Shown: positions 19,451 through 29,388 of the stretch, in pieces
Numbering within the stretch: the stretch's first letter is position 1
How the letters are laid out: each line of letters starts with the position of its first letter
Assembly: GCA_937894465.1 (NCBI GenBank)
Contig: CALCRE010000133.1
Span: forward strand, 2,772-66,771
Reading direction: 5' to 3'
Length of the DNA: 64,000 nucleotides
Source of the DNA: an uncultured Clostridia bacterium
GTDB taxonomy: Bacteria; Bacillota; Clostridia; JAAYHZ01
Notes under the pieces: model-generated
The model's input: the letters and a program-made list of their open reading frames with translations, nothing else
Told to the model about the DNA's origin: nothing
The model's database searches: none
Position numbers and translations under genes: made by a program

Positions 19451-20680
19451 TTAATTTATAAAAGCCTTATGGTACGTTTTTTTGCCTTTGCGAATTTTTA
19501 CGCCGGTTTTTAACTGTTCTTTGGTAATGTTTTGGTCAATAGAGTCAACCTTTACATCATCAATAAGCACTCCGCCCTGTTGAACCACACGCCTGGCTTC
19601 ACTTTTTGATTTTGTGATACCACATTCTACCATCAAATCCAACACATTAATAACGCCATCCACCAAAAGCTCTTCCTTAATCTCAGTAGAGGGCATATTC
19701 GAATCATCTGTTCCGGATACAAACAACGCATGAGAAGCATTTTGAGCATTCTTCGCTTCCTCTTCCCCATGGATCAGTTTTGTCAGTTCAAAAGCCAAAA
19801 TTTCTTTTGCATCGTTTAGCTGACTACCTTCCCATTTGTCCATTTCATTAATTTGCTCAAGAGGTAAGAAGGTAAGCATACGGATGCATTTTAGAACGTC
19901 TGCATCATTAACATTTCGCCAGTATTGATAGAATTCAAAGGGTGAGGTCTTGTCAGCGTCAAGCCATACAGCACCTTTTGCGGTTTTCCCCATTTTATTG
20001 CCTTCTGAATTCAATAACAGCGTAATGGTCATTGCATAAGCATCTTTCCCCAGCTTCCGACGAATTAATTCCGTTCCGCCTAACATATTGGACCATTGGT
20101 CGTCTCCGCCGAATTGCATGTTACAACCGTAGTTTTTAAACAAATAGTAGAAATCATAGGACTGCATAATCATATAGTTCAATTCAAAGAATGACAGACC
20201 TTTCTCCAATCTCTGCTTATAGCACTCGGCACGCAGCATGTTATTGACAGAAAAATGAACGCCAACTTCACGAAGCATTTCGATATAGTTCAGTTCTAAA
20301 AGCCAGTCTGCATTGTTCACCATAATAGCTTTGTCTTCACCAAAATCAATGAATCTTGCCATTTGCTTTTTAAAACACTCAATATTATGCTGTATGATCT
20401 CAGGTGTCATCATAGTTCGCATATCCGTACGACCGGACGGGTCTCCGATCATTCCGGTTCCGCCGCCTAGAAGAACCACCGGCTTATTTCCGGCCATCTG
20501 CAAGCGCTTCATAAGACACAATGCCATGAAATGACCGACATGCAATGAATCCGCCGTCGGATCAAATCCAATATAGAATGTAGCTTTACCGTTATTAACA
20601 AGTTCTCTGATTTCTTTTTCATCGGTAACCTGGGCAATTAAGCCACGAGCCTGAAGCTCTTCATAAATCTTCATTTTCAA
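19451..20680 (-). CDS. tyrS: tyrosine--tRNA ligase
   Basis: 409-aa ORF with the HIGH motif (HVGH), the KMSKS motif (KMGKT) and a C-terminal S4-like domain. A Tyr T-box leader precedes it. Confidence 0.95.
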   Translation of the reverse strand: MKMKIYEELQARGLIAQVTDEKEIRELVNNGKATFYIGFDPTADSLHVGHFMALCLMKRLQMAGNKPVVLLGGGTGMIGDPSGRTDMRTMMTPEIIQHNIECFKKQMARFIDFGEDKAIMVNNADWLLELNYIEMLREVGVHFSVNNMLRAECYKQRLEKGLSFFELNYMIMQSYDFYYLFKNYGCNMQFGGDDQWSNMLGGTELIRRKLGKDAYAMTITLLLNSEGNKMGKTAKGAVWLDADKTSPFEFYQYWRNVNDADVLKCIRMLTFLPLEQINEMDKWEGSQLNDAKEILAFELTKLIHGEEEAKNAQNASHALFVSGTDDSNMPSTEIKEELLVDGVINVLDLMVECGITKSKSEARRVVQQGGVLIDDVKVDSIDQNITKEQLKTGVKIRKGKKTYHKAFIN

Positions 20681-20699
20681 CTAACTCCTTCATTATTTA

Positions 20700-20972
20700 T
20701 ATATTAAAATACCCTCTGCTCCAATTGGAACAGAGGGCAGATATTGCGGTACCACCTCTTATTTGGAAATCCCTCACGGAATTTCCCTCATTGAGTGCAA
20801 TCACACTCATACGCTATATCGGGCTCACCCGGCTAACCTTACTTTTTATTGTTCAGGCAGCGGCTCCGGGATGTATTCGTATCAGTTTCGTCAGCAACCT
20901 CTCACCAACCGGATGCTCTCTTACTTTCAGAATACCGACCTACTTCTTCCCTTCACAGCCATTATGATATTT
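20700..20972 (-). promoter_or_regulatory. T-box riboswitch leader (tyrosine specifier UAC)
   Basis: The minus strand shows stem I AGAGA/GGUUGGUGAGAGG elements. The specifier GAA-UAC-A has its UAC at 20875-20873. The T-box sequence AAGAGGUGGUACCGCAAUAU lies at 20760-20741. A terminator follows: CCCUCUG-uuccaauuggag-CAGAGGG then UAUUUUAAU. Confidence 0.9.
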
Positions 20973-20979
20973 ATTGTAC

Positions 20980-21008
20980 ATTCTAATAGATATGACGAAA
21001 AAAGTAAA
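20980..21008 (-). promoter_or_regulatory. candidate promoter of the T-box-tyrS unit
   Basis: The minus strand reads TTTACT (21008-21003), a 17-nt spacer, then TAGAAT (20985-20980). Confidence 0.5.
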
Positions 21009-21027
21009 GTACCAAAATGAAGTTTCA

Positions 21028-21897
21028 TTAATTTTCAATCAATATATCTTTACAACGAATAATAAGTTCTATCGTACCTTTATCTGTATAAAAAAGCATA
21101 TGAGCTTCATAGCCGGTTTCTATGGCATACAGCTCTTCATAAAGCCATGTGCTTCCTATAATTCCTTCATCCATTCTTTCTATTTGAGCCTCGATAAAGG
21201 TAATTTTTTCGCGATCGGTAAAACCTCCTTGGGTATCAAACTTCATTGTAACATTCTTTTCTGTGGTTAATGCTGTTACCTCGCAATCATGAAAACCAAA
21301 ACTGTTTTTAATAGATTCAGGGATTTGCTCCGTATCTTTTACTTTGATATATTCACTCAATATCCGGTTTATTTCCTTCTTATTCTCCTTGCTTAGGTTC
21401 TTGAGCTTTTGCTTGACATCCTTGGTGCAATAACCTAAAGCAAATACACGTAAATCGGCAATTTCTAGAAAAAGTTCATGCGGAAGCCTTTTCGTAACTT
21501 CATTTTGGATGGATTCCTGATTGATGTAAAATTCGGCCTTGCACTTTTTCTTGTCGAAGGGCGGACGGGCATCAAATTCTTTGATCAATTGCTGTATGTG
21601 GTCCTTTTGCTCCAGTGACAATTGATATACCATTTTGTCCTCTTCACCAATCCCATCTCCCTTCACCAGTGCATCAAGTCGCACAAATGTACTGTGGTCT
21701 AGTTCTAGAAAAAAGCGAGGATCACAGTCGTATACCTCTTGTTGCGTTCTAATGTACTCTTTTTCTTTTCTTTTATACAACCGCAAATAGAGTGACTCGT
21801 CATATACTCCGGCCTCTTTGTGTACTCTCATGCCAAAATGATATCCTGTTTGTTGACATAACTCATACCACTGCTTTTTCAGGTATTTCATGTCCAA
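21028..21897 (-). CDS. hypothetical protein (DUF4085-like N-terminus)
   Basis: 289-aa ORF starting MDMKYLKKQWYELCQQTGYHF.... No catalytic motif recognised. Confidence 0.45.
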   Translation of the reverse strand: MDMKYLKKQWYELCQQTGYHFGMRVHKEAGVYDESLYLRLYKRKEKEYIRTQQEVYDCDPRFFLELDHSTFVRLDALVKGDGIGEEDKMVYQLSLEQKDHIQQLIKEFDARPPFDKKKCKAEFYINQESIQNEVTKRLPHELFLEIADLRVFALGYCTKDVKQKLKNLSKENKKEINRILSEYIKVKDTEQIPESIKNSFGFHDCEVTALTTEKNVTMKFDTQGGFTDREKITFIEAQIERMDEGIIGSTWLYEELYAIETGYEAHMLFYTDKGTIELIIRCKDILIEN

Positions 21898-21909
21898 TCT
21901 TCCTTCCTG

Positions 21910-22401
21910 TTACAGAGAGATATAGTAGGGGCAAATTTCTTCGTACCGGCCATCCGGCATACGAAATCCTCCGGGAATAGTTCCAAGTTGCTGAAATCCT
22001 AATTGTTCATAAAGGCGTCTTGCATGGATATTGGTTGCAACCACAGCATTAAACTGTAGAACTGTAAATCCGTATTGTTTGGCTTGAGCCATACTGTCTT
22101 GGACCAGCTTCTTACCAATGTGCAATCCTCTGCTTTCAGAACTGACTGCATAGCTTGCGTTACTAATATGACCACATCTGCCTACATTATTTGGATGAAG
22201 AATATATAGCCCGAATATCTTTTTACTGTCCATATCTTCTGCAACACCACAGTGGGTTTGGCCGCCAAAAAACGCAACCCCTGTTTCTTCGGTTAAGCAT
22301 TCTTCTTGTGGAAAAGCATTTCCTTCCTCCACCACTTCATTCCAAATATTTATCATGGAAGGTACATCTGAATTCCGATAACCTCTTATATATATATTCA
22401 T
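21910..22401 (-). CDS. GNAT-family N-acetyltransferase
   Basis: 163-aa ORF with an acetyl-CoA binding motif-A-like stretch (RGLHIGKKLVQDSMAQAKQYGF). Confidence 0.75.
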   Translation of the reverse strand: MNIYIRGYRNSDVPSMINIWNEVVEEGNAFPQEECLTEETGVAFFGGQTHCGVAEDMDSKKIFGLYILHPNNVGRCGHISNASYAVSSESRGLHIGKKLVQDSMAQAKQYGFTVLQFNAVVATNIHARRLYEQLGFQQLGTIPGGFRMPDGRYEEICPYYISL

Positions 22402-22426
22402 TTTTTAATCTTCCTTTTATATAGTT

Positions 22427-23518
22427 TTATTCTATCTTTTGAGAGCGAAAATCTGCCAGCATCAATTCAACCATCCGGTCATAACTTCCAATTCCATCTT
22501 TTTGTTTATTAGCCTTTAAGTACAAGTCATTGATATCCGTTGTAATATCTTTTATTGATCCTTTGTAATAATTCCGATATGCCTGCCAACCTTTCAAGTC
22601 TCGAATCACACCTTCTCCAAATTCCGACCTGATCTCCTCCCAAATTTCTATGCTGTATTGATGCAATGTGCTCATAGTATAACTGAGAGCCAGCATAATT
22701 CCCGAATACTGAAAATCAAGATCCGGATGGTTCTTGCATGTCAGATAAGCAATATAATTGGCTTCATCTTCCCTGGCAAAACCACGCTGATGAGCCATTT
22801 CATGAGCAATGGTAGAAGGAAGCATATACCGGGGCAAAGTAATATTCACATTGGCTTCCGCCGTAAAGGGAAAATACATTCCGGCTATGCCGGTATAGGA
22901 CCAATAATGTGATAGAAATACACCTTTGGGTACACTGTATTGACCCCCAAGCTCCGGATAAATATCCGCTGTTTTATCATATCCTAATGATGCCCGCTTG
23001 AACATTGTAGGAATATCATGAGAGAGCATCATGGTTCCGTCCTCACTCTCCATGACCTGTACTCGCAGATCATTGGCCGAAGAGGTCAAGTATCTTGCCA
23101 GTTCACTGAGTTCTTCAACAAGGATGTTTTCAACTGTCAAACCGGAAACTTCTGCAAATGTTTTACGATTGTAATGAAATCCCCACATCAGCTGAAAGAC
23201 CAAGTAAATGGTAAGCAGTATATACACAATAACGAGGAGCTTTTTCGGTATCTTTTTCATAAATTCCTTTGGGTTTTTTATAAATAGGACAAGCCCTCTG
23301 ATTAGCAAAAATACAATACAAGCAATTAGGAGTACAACTATTATTTCAGCTATTGAAAACTGGAAAAGACCTGTGAATCGACTGTAGGGGCTTATGAGCC
23401 AAGGGTATATCCTTGTAGAGTATACAGTCTCAATAAAATATGAAAAACGCCGAGCGAACAGCGAGAAAATGATACCCGATATTAATATAATATGAAAAAT
23501 CAGTTTTCTATATTTCAT
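22427..23518 (-). CDS. DUF3810-type membrane-anchored putative zinc metalloprotease
   Basis: 363-aa ORF with N-terminal TM helices and the HExxH motif in STIAHEMAHQRGF. Confidence 0.65.
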   Translation of the reverse strand: MKYRKLIFHIILISGIIFSLFARRFSYFIETVYSTRIYPWLISPYSRFTGLFQFSIAEIIVVLLIACIVFLLIRGLVLFIKNPKEFMKKIPKKLLVIVYILLTIYLVFQLMWGFHYNRKTFAEVSGLTVENILVEELSELARYLTSSANDLRVQVMESEDGTMMLSHDIPTMFKRASLGYDKTADIYPELGGQYSVPKGVFLSHYWSYTGIAGMYFPFTAEANVNITLPRYMLPSTIAHEMAHQRGFAREDEANYIAYLTCKNHPDLDFQYSGIMLALSYTMSTLHQYSIEIWEEIRSEFGEGVIRDLKGWQAYRNYYKGSIKDITTDINDLYLKANKQKDGIGSYDRMVELMLADFRSQKIE

Positions 23519-23656
23519 GGAAACTCCATATACCTGTTTATAAATTTTTAGACACTAAGCTCTTTCATTATAGGATCAAGTATACCGGCTTCAATAAAGG
23601 ATGTTCAACCTTTTTCAATAACCGACAGAACGAAATCCATACTTCATACATAGTAA

Positions 23657-23994
23657 ACGGATCCGTACACCGTAAAACCAGGTGATACCCTGTACAATAT
23701 CGCACAACAATTTGACTTGGTTTCATATCAACAACTACTACGGATAAATAGAGGCATATTAAATCTATCGTCTCAGGTCAAAGCATCAACATTCCCAAAC
23801 AGATACCAATGAGCACCTATGTGGTGCAACCTACGGACACATTAGGAGATATCCTGTATGCATATAACAATGAGCATCTTGAACTATATGGGTTTGCCAT
23901 TACAATGGACGAGGCTCTTGCATATAATCCGGCAATCATCAGTCCAAACCTCATTTATCCGGGTATGGTGATTTATTTACCGGAGTTTCTATGA
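23657..23994 (+). pseudogene. LysM-domain protein remnant
   Basis: One frame opens right after TAG-TAA with no start codon (YTVKPGDTLYNIAQQFDLVSYQQLLRIN...). A second, shifted frame (23809-23994) gives YVVQPTDTLGDILYAY...YPGMVIYLP. These are two LysM-like units split by a frameshift. Confidence 0.55.
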
Positions 23995-24327
23995 TTCCGT
24001 GTTGCCCTGTTTTTGAAAGAGGAGTGCACCCAAGCAATTTCCCACCAATGTTATGATTGCAAACATGACAATATATACCCATGCCGATTCATTATAATAA
24101 ATGAAAATTGTCGGAGCGAAAAAGAACCCTGTTAACAACGGAAAAGAAAAGTCAATACCCTTTTTCATACCATAGAGTAAAGCTGAAATAAAACAAACCA
24201 ATGGTGTGATAAACAATAAAAGAAGCATAAAACTTCCCGTGTCTTTAGCAAACAACGGAAACAAGTAAAATGACGGGATGATTACAATCAAATACGGCAT
24301 CATTTGTTTTAATCTTTTTAAAATCAT
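23989..24327 (-). CDS. small integral membrane protein
   Basis: 112-aa ORF with 4 predicted TM helices. It overlaps the upstream gene by 4 nt. Confidence 0.55.
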   Translation of the reverse strand: MILKRLKQMMPYLIVIIPSFYLFPLFAKDTGSFMLLLLFITPLVCFISALLYGMKKGIDFSFPLLTGFFFAPTIFIYYNESAWVYIVMFAIITLVGNCLGALLFQKQGNTES

Positions 24328-25370
24328 AAAGGCATCTCTTCCCTTCCCATGTAGCGTTTTACAGGACTTTTCTTACGGTTATTGACACGATAAACCGCAT
24401 CTATGATCTCTTCCTTTTCGTTTTTAATTCCGGAATCCAGAACAACATCTTCAATGATATACGGACCATTTTTAAAGTGACCGAGTACGGCTCCATGGAA
24501 TTCACCATCAATTAAAATATATTGCAAAATATCGTATTCGTGGTGCTTATACTTTTCTTTTAGATCATATTCATGGGATTTTACAAGAAAATCATTACGG
24601 TGTAACACAAAAATATTTTTCTGAAATTCAACAACAGTGTTTTGCAGAAGATTGTAATCGGTTTTCAACAGGTATCCACCCTCGATCTCCATTATTTCAC
24701 CTTCACATAGCAGTTCGGCTACAGCCGTTTTCACATCCTTTACAGGCATTTTATAAAAGGATTTTGCCATATCAACATTGAAAAGAACATTGCGGTATGC
24801 AAAACGTTTTAACACTATTTTTAAAGCTTCGATTTTTGTGTATCTTCTAAAATTCACATCGGGAAACATCTCAGCAAACTGATACCAACCCCTGTCCCAT
24901 GCTCCGTCAAATTGATCTTCGTAAATAAGAAAAGCCTCCTGCAAGCGATGCAGTATAGGAGTTATTTCCTTCACAAGCATTCCTGTCATTTCTTTCATCG
25001 ATTGAATATTCAAAGGGCCTTCACGCTCAATTACATCCATTAACGTTTGTTGAGATTCGGTGGGTCGATCAAGGGGCTTGCGACACATACATGCAAACAA
25101 CTCCATATCACTGCTTTCAATCCAGCCAAGATTCCCTCCTTGAAAGCGTCCTTTGACAAGAGTTCTGTTTCTCTGCCGCTCCCGGTTATATTCCATATCG
25201 TTGAAATCTGCTCGGAATGTTAAACTTGGAGGATCACCAAAGCCGCACCAATACACATTTTGACCGGGAGATGTATCCCGGTATAAAGCGTTGTACTCTG
25301 CTTCGGTTGCAGGTTTATTCAGGTGCTGACGCTCCATACGAAGAGCCGTTATATACTTTGAATCAATCAT
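24324..25370 (-). CDS. winged-helix DNA-binding protein, YcaQ/AlkZ-like (tentative)
   Basis: The start is chosen at MIDSKYITALRMERQHL... (25370). The open frame continues to a TTG at 25574 with no RBS. The N-terminal LR..RQ.L pattern and overall length resemble the YcaQ (DUF1006) family. Assignment is from memory only. Confidence 0.4.
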   Translation of the reverse strand: MIDSKYITALRMERQHLNKPATEAEYNALYRDTSPGQNVYWCGFGDPPSLTFRADFNDMEYNRERQRNRTLVKGRFQGGNLGWIESSDMELFACMCRKPLDRPTESQQTLMDVIEREGPLNIQSMKEMTGMLVKEITPILHRLQEAFLIYEDQFDGAWDRGWYQFAEMFPDVNFRRYTKIEALKIVLKRFAYRNVLFNVDMAKSFYKMPVKDVKTAVAELLCEGEIMEIEGGYLLKTDYNLLQNTVVEFQKNIFVLHRNDFLVKSHEYDLKEKYKHHEYDILQYILIDGEFHGAVLGHFKNGPYIIEDVVLDSGIKNEKEEIIDAVYRVNNRKKSPVKRYMGREEMPL

Positions 25371-25706
25371 ATAGTTTCTCTGCCTTCCTTTTACAAATTT
25401 GACTTTTTCAATAATTTCGATATCTCCATCGCTTTGATCATATAATTTAGTCGAATGTGATGACAATTTTAATTGTGTTTTTTTACTTATACTGATGATG
25501 GAACAAGTCGGCGGTAATGCTTCCATCATATCATTCTTTAAATGTTTGCTCGAAATATCTTCACCGGATAACAATAATTTGGAAACATTGGTTGATCAAT
25601 GAAGAAACAACTTCTATAGCTTTTTGGTTCTCTTGCGCTGTATATTTTTCCACAGATCATCTCCTCGGTCATCTCTTGTGTTTACCAAAGCCTTAACATA
25701 TGTAGA

Positions 25707-26090
25707 TTATATCGTGACACGCGGGCATACACAAGGCTTGAAAAATTCTTTATGCTCTATTGCATCTTGGTATGGTACAATGATTTTAAGGCAATTAATA
25801 TCCTATGACGCGACGTGAAATAAAGCGCTTTCTTAAGGCAAACCTTAACTTTAAATACTTATCATAGCTCAATTATTGTTTGACTTCTTCCCCATAACTT
25901 TTGTCAACGTATGCACGCCTTCTAAATCTGCTCCTTCATCTGAATAGCCGCATATATCCCAAAAAAGACGCAGCACTATCCGAAGTAAGATAAAATTGTT
26001 CTGTATGATGGGATAACAGATCCTGTTCAACTGCGTTAACAGGATGCTTGCCATAACCGTTACGCCTGATTAACTGCATCATAATTCTTA
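25707..26090. repeat. decayed copy of the 29589-30700 segment (two internal deletions, truncated end)
   Basis: By-eye alignment gives three matches. 25707-25744 matches 29589-29626 (38 nt, 1 mismatch). 25759-25810 matches 29828-29878. 25807 to about 26090 matches 30414 to about 30700. Confidence 0.8.
25869..26085 (-). pseudogene. GNAT acetyltransferase remnant (3' half only, frameshifted)
   Basis: Reads ...RNGYGKHPVNAVEQDLLSHHTEQFYLTSD.. then a frameshift, then CGYSDEGADLEGVHTLTKVMGK. This parallels residues from about 95 to 158 of the intact GNAT at 30485-30961. Confidence 0.75.
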
Positions 26091-26222
26091 ATTTCGATCA
26101 TCTATATATTTCTATCTGTACATCATCCGATTTTATGTTTGTCATTTTGCTAATGTTAGATCCTCTATAAATGTGCCAATAAAATCATGACCGCTGCCGC
26201 TGTAAAAGTAAGGTGAGCATAT

Positions 26223-26477
26223 TCATTCCTCGCTGATTACGCATTGACATCCGGTTTCTTCCAAAATCTCACGTTTAACAGCCATCTGCAAATCCTCACC
26301 GGACTCAACCCCACCTCCCTGCAAGGTGTGTAATTCATACTTGCTCATATAGCAAAGTGCAATGTTATCTTTCGAGTCAAACAACACCGCATTCACCGCT
26401 ATACGTGGCAGTGCGGAAGAAAGTTTATTTGAACCGGTTATTACATTATCCGTGATTGTCAGGATATGCTTCATCAT
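26223..26477 (-). pseudogene. NUDIX hydrolase, C-terminally truncated just after the Nudix box
   Basis: 84-aa ORF with a complete Nudix box (GGGVESGEDLQMAVKREILEETGC). It stops 8 residues later, whereas family members are normally about 130-160 aa. Confidence 0.55.
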
Positions 26478-27586
26478 TACCTCTCCATATAATCCACTGT
26501 TTTTATCTCGCCTGTTTTATAATCTATCTTCCAACCGTCGTATGAGTAGTCCTGCGGTATGCGTATATAACAGCCGATTGTGTCGTCGCAGGTGCGTTTT
26601 AGAATGCCCGACACATTTTTGTTGTCAACATTACCTTCTGCAACTATAAGGCTCTCACTGTCACAGGAGAGAACGATTCCGATATGGTCGTGCCATTTGC
26701 TATTTTCTTCTTTGTTTTCTTTTGGAATAATATCATTGTAAACCACGATATCTCCACGCTCGGGAGTAAAGCCGTCCTTCACAAAGAAACAGTATCCGCT
26801 GTCCATTCCCCAGTCGTACCACCCGCCGACACCGTTAAAGCGGGCATTGGCAACCTTATGTGCGGTGTGAGGAACACGGATCGGCAGAACAAGCCCTGCT
26901 TCAAGGCAGCAGTGATATACAAAGGCAGCGCACCATCCGTTTTTCAAGCCCTCGAAAATCGAATCCTCCGGATAATAGCGAATTATTTTCATGAAATCCG
27001 TATCTGATTTTTCTCCGGTGACATTTTTGCCCGCCAGAGCTTCGGCAATATCGGCAGCGAGGGATTTACTAAACACTTGGGGCGCGGATTCTCCATCTGG
27101 AAGCACTGTAATATTCGGAAGAGGCAGCGAAAGCTCCTTCATTGTGCTTTTCAGCCGCATGCCGTAAAACCAGCCGTATGTATTGTCGAGAGCCAAGCGT
27201 TGTAGAATATCTGCGTCTTTTAATAGCTCGTCATATTCATCATGAACATATCCTTTATTGGCGTGGTGGTATATCGCCGACTTGATAATCGTCTGCTCAT
27301 CGTCTGAAAAAACATCCATCATAATGTATTTGAACGCAACCCGCACCATTTCCGCACCGTTTTGTGAATGCAGTGCCGATATGCCCGTTTTGTATCTGTA
27401 AACATCGTGCAGCAAGCCGATAGCCGCAGCCAGCTCTGTATTAAGCCCGCGCTTTGCAGCCAAAAGAACGCAGCAATGTGAAACGCCGTAGGAATGTATG
27501 TAGGCATCACGCTTCTCATCTGCATCTTCGATGTGGTCAAAAATATTATCAACATATGCTCTGACACTATCTATTCTACCCGTCAT
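26477..27586 (-). CDS. cytoplasmic fusion protein: N-terminal HD-domain phosphohydrolase, C-terminal CHAP/NlpC-P60-like cysteine amidase
   Basis: 369-aa ORF with no signal peptide. HD signature: HSYGVSHCCVLLA...GLLHDVY. CHAP-like triad context: GWCAAFVYHC (Cys), WHDHIGIVLS (His), VAEGN. Confidence 0.6.
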   Translation of the reverse strand: MTGRIDSVRAYVDNIFDHIEDADEKRDAYIHSYGVSHCCVLLAAKRGLNTELAAAIGLLHDVYRYKTGISALHSQNGAEMVRVAFKYIMMDVFSDDEQTIIKSAIYHHANKGYVHDEYDELLKDADILQRLALDNTYGWFYGMRLKSTMKELSLPLPNITVLPDGESAPQVFSKSLAADIAEALAGKNVTGEKSDTDFMKIIRYYPEDSIFEGLKNGWCAAFVYHCCLEAGLVLPIRVPHTAHKVANARFNGVGGWYDWGMDSGYCFFVKDGFTPERGDIVVYNDIIPKENKEENSKWHDHIGIVLSCDSESLIVAEGNVDNKNVSGILKRTCDDTIGCYIRIPQDYSYDGWKIDYKTGEIKTVDYMER

Positions 27587-27651
27587 TTATCGTCCTCCAT
27601 AATCCACTTATGTCCTGATGGATTTATTGCTTTTAATGCCGTCACCAGCCA

Positions 27652-27990
27652 TTACTTCCGCTCCGTAGACATCTGCTCCATTGCGAGGTCATAATCTAGT
27701 TGGTATCCCTCACGCTCAGTATCGGTTAATTTATAGAGCCGCATTATTTCAGGTATAAGATAAGGAATGTCATTTCTATACGATACAGCCTTATCCCTTG
27801 GCAGCGATATATCATGATTGCGGGCATACAGAAAATTCTCATCCTTTTCATCATTGAATAAAAATTCAATGAAATTCAACTTTGTCTGTCCGCTGTGGTC
27901 GAAATCAAGATAAACCATATCCGGCTCTCCGGTTGGGAGGAAAGTTATAAGCTCGCACCGTTCTGTAAAGCAGAAAATGTTGCGCTTCAA
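27652..27990 (-). CDS. hypothetical protein
   Basis: 112-aa ORF with only a TTG start available. No motif recognised. Confidence 0.35.
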   Translation of the reverse strand: MKRNIFCFTERCELITFLPTGEPDMVYLDFDHSGQTKLNFIEFLFNDEKDENFLYARNHDISLPRDKAVSYRNDIPYLIPEIMRLYKLTDTEREGYQLDYDLAMEQMSTERK

Positions 27991-28050
27991 CTTTTTTTGA
28001 TCGGGAATGTCCTTGATGTCTTAATTACAGGTCACTAGACAAAATGGAAT

Positions 28051-28491
28051 TTATCGTTTTCGTTTCAGGTAGACCATATCAACAAGCTGTTTCCCATCTT
28101 CAAACATTGGATGGTCATAATTGTCCGTGAAAAAGTTTTGTATTCGATATGATTCTATAAATCCGCATTTCTGATAAAAGCTGAGCGCAGAAGGAACGTC
28201 GCCTGTTCCGACAAGCATTATGTTACAATCGGTGTAATGTGAAAACAGAAAATCTATCAATTTTTTTCCATAACCCTTACGCTGACAAAGAGGTATAACC
28301 GCAATGTTCTTAAGTTCATAAATTCCATCCGCCTCTTTAGTAACCACACATTCGGCTTTTATTCCATTCTCGTCCAGAACAAACATTTCACCACATTCAA
28401 GGTACTTTTCTATCATGGTTTCCTGTTCGTCAGCCAATAACAGCAAGTCGATATATGCTTTCTTATCGTTTGAAACTTTTCTTATACTCAC
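28051..28491 (-). CDS. GNAT-family N-acetyltransferase
   Basis: 146-aa ORF with motif A (QRKGYGKKLIDFLFSHY). Confidence 0.75.
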   Translation of the reverse strand: MSIRKVSNDKKAYIDLLLLADEQETMIEKYLECGEMFVLDENGIKAECVVTKEADGIYELKNIAVIPLCQRKGYGKKLIDFLFSHYTDCNIMLVGTGDVPSALSFYQKCGFIESYRIQNFFTDNYDHPMFEDGKQLVDMVYLKRKR

Positions 28492-28679
28492 TAGTAGACA
28501 TCCCCTATAAATTCAAATCTATCTAAATGTTTAATCAATCTGCAGCTTGAGTTCATCTCTCTACTCACAGTTATGACTAATAAACATATTAACATCTTCT
28601 TTTGCTTGGCTCTTTTTCTCCACCTTTTGGACGTACATAGGATAAACACTAGAAAAAGCGGACATGAATATTCTCGGTT

Positions 28680-28883
28680 TTATAGTGTTTTCTTTCCCTG
28701 CTCTTTTATGATTTGTTCCTTCTCAATAAGCATCAGAGCAATCTTGAGAGCGGCGATTCGCCGTTCAAGAAGAGTCTGTTGTGACTTGCCCAGTTTAGAA
28801 GTGTCCATCTTCTCGCACTTATGGAACATAGAGAGTAAGGCACGATGCGCTTCGCTTAACTCTTCAGTTGAAAATTCCGCCAT
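28680..28883 (-). CDS. small helical hypothetical protein
   Basis: The start is chosen at MAEFSTEEL (28883), with GGAGGG 6 nt upstream. It lies 2 nt after the stop of the preceding gene. Confidence 0.45.
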   Translation of the reverse strand: MAEFSTEELSEAHRALLSMFHKCEKMDTSKLGKSQQTLLERRIAALKIALMLIEKEQIIKEQGKKTL

Positions 28884-28885
28884 TC

Positions 28886-29299
28886 CTATCCCTCCACTTG
28901 TTTTAACCTCCATCGCACGATGTCGGTGATGAGCTCATAATCTATCGGCTTGCCAAGCGGTATTTGAATCGCTCCTTTACTGGTCTTGTAACCTGCCAGC
29001 CGCTCCGCAAACTCAGACGTAGCTTTCCCGCCGGGGTACAGTCCGATATGCTTCTTGAACGCCGCAAAGTGGATGAGGTTCTCACCCTGCCAAAATGTCG
29101 GCATTTGCCACGAGATTTTCTCTACGGCTTCAGGCGCAGCTGCGCGAATAGTTTCGCGGATACTTTGCAACAGAGGCTGCACATCTTTCTGTTGTGCGGC
29201 GATGTATTCGTCCATACTGTTAGGTTTCACGCAAAAGTGGTCTTGTTCCGTATTTTTAAACTCGCGACCGCATTTTGGGCATTTCCACATTTCACTCAC
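28886..29299 (-). CDS. DUF1801 (YdhG-like) domain protein with N-terminal zinc-ribbon
   Basis: 137-aa ORF with CPKCGREF...HFC followed by a YdhG-like region (...IRETIRAAAPEAVEKISWQMPTFW...HFAAFKKHIGLYP). Confidence 0.6.
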   Translation of the reverse strand: MSEMWKCPKCGREFKNTEQDHFCVKPNSMDEYIAAQQKDVQPLLQSIRETIRAAAPEAVEKISWQMPTFWQGENLIHFAAFKKHIGLYPGGKATSEFAERLAGYKTSKGAIQIPLGKPIDYELITDIVRWRLKQVEG

Positions 29300-29388
29300 T
29301 CTCCTTGTTATTATATCGCAGGTGCCTATGTCGAGTTCATAGACAATTCGCGTTTTAGTAGACTTATCCGATGAAAGTTATCTTATCC

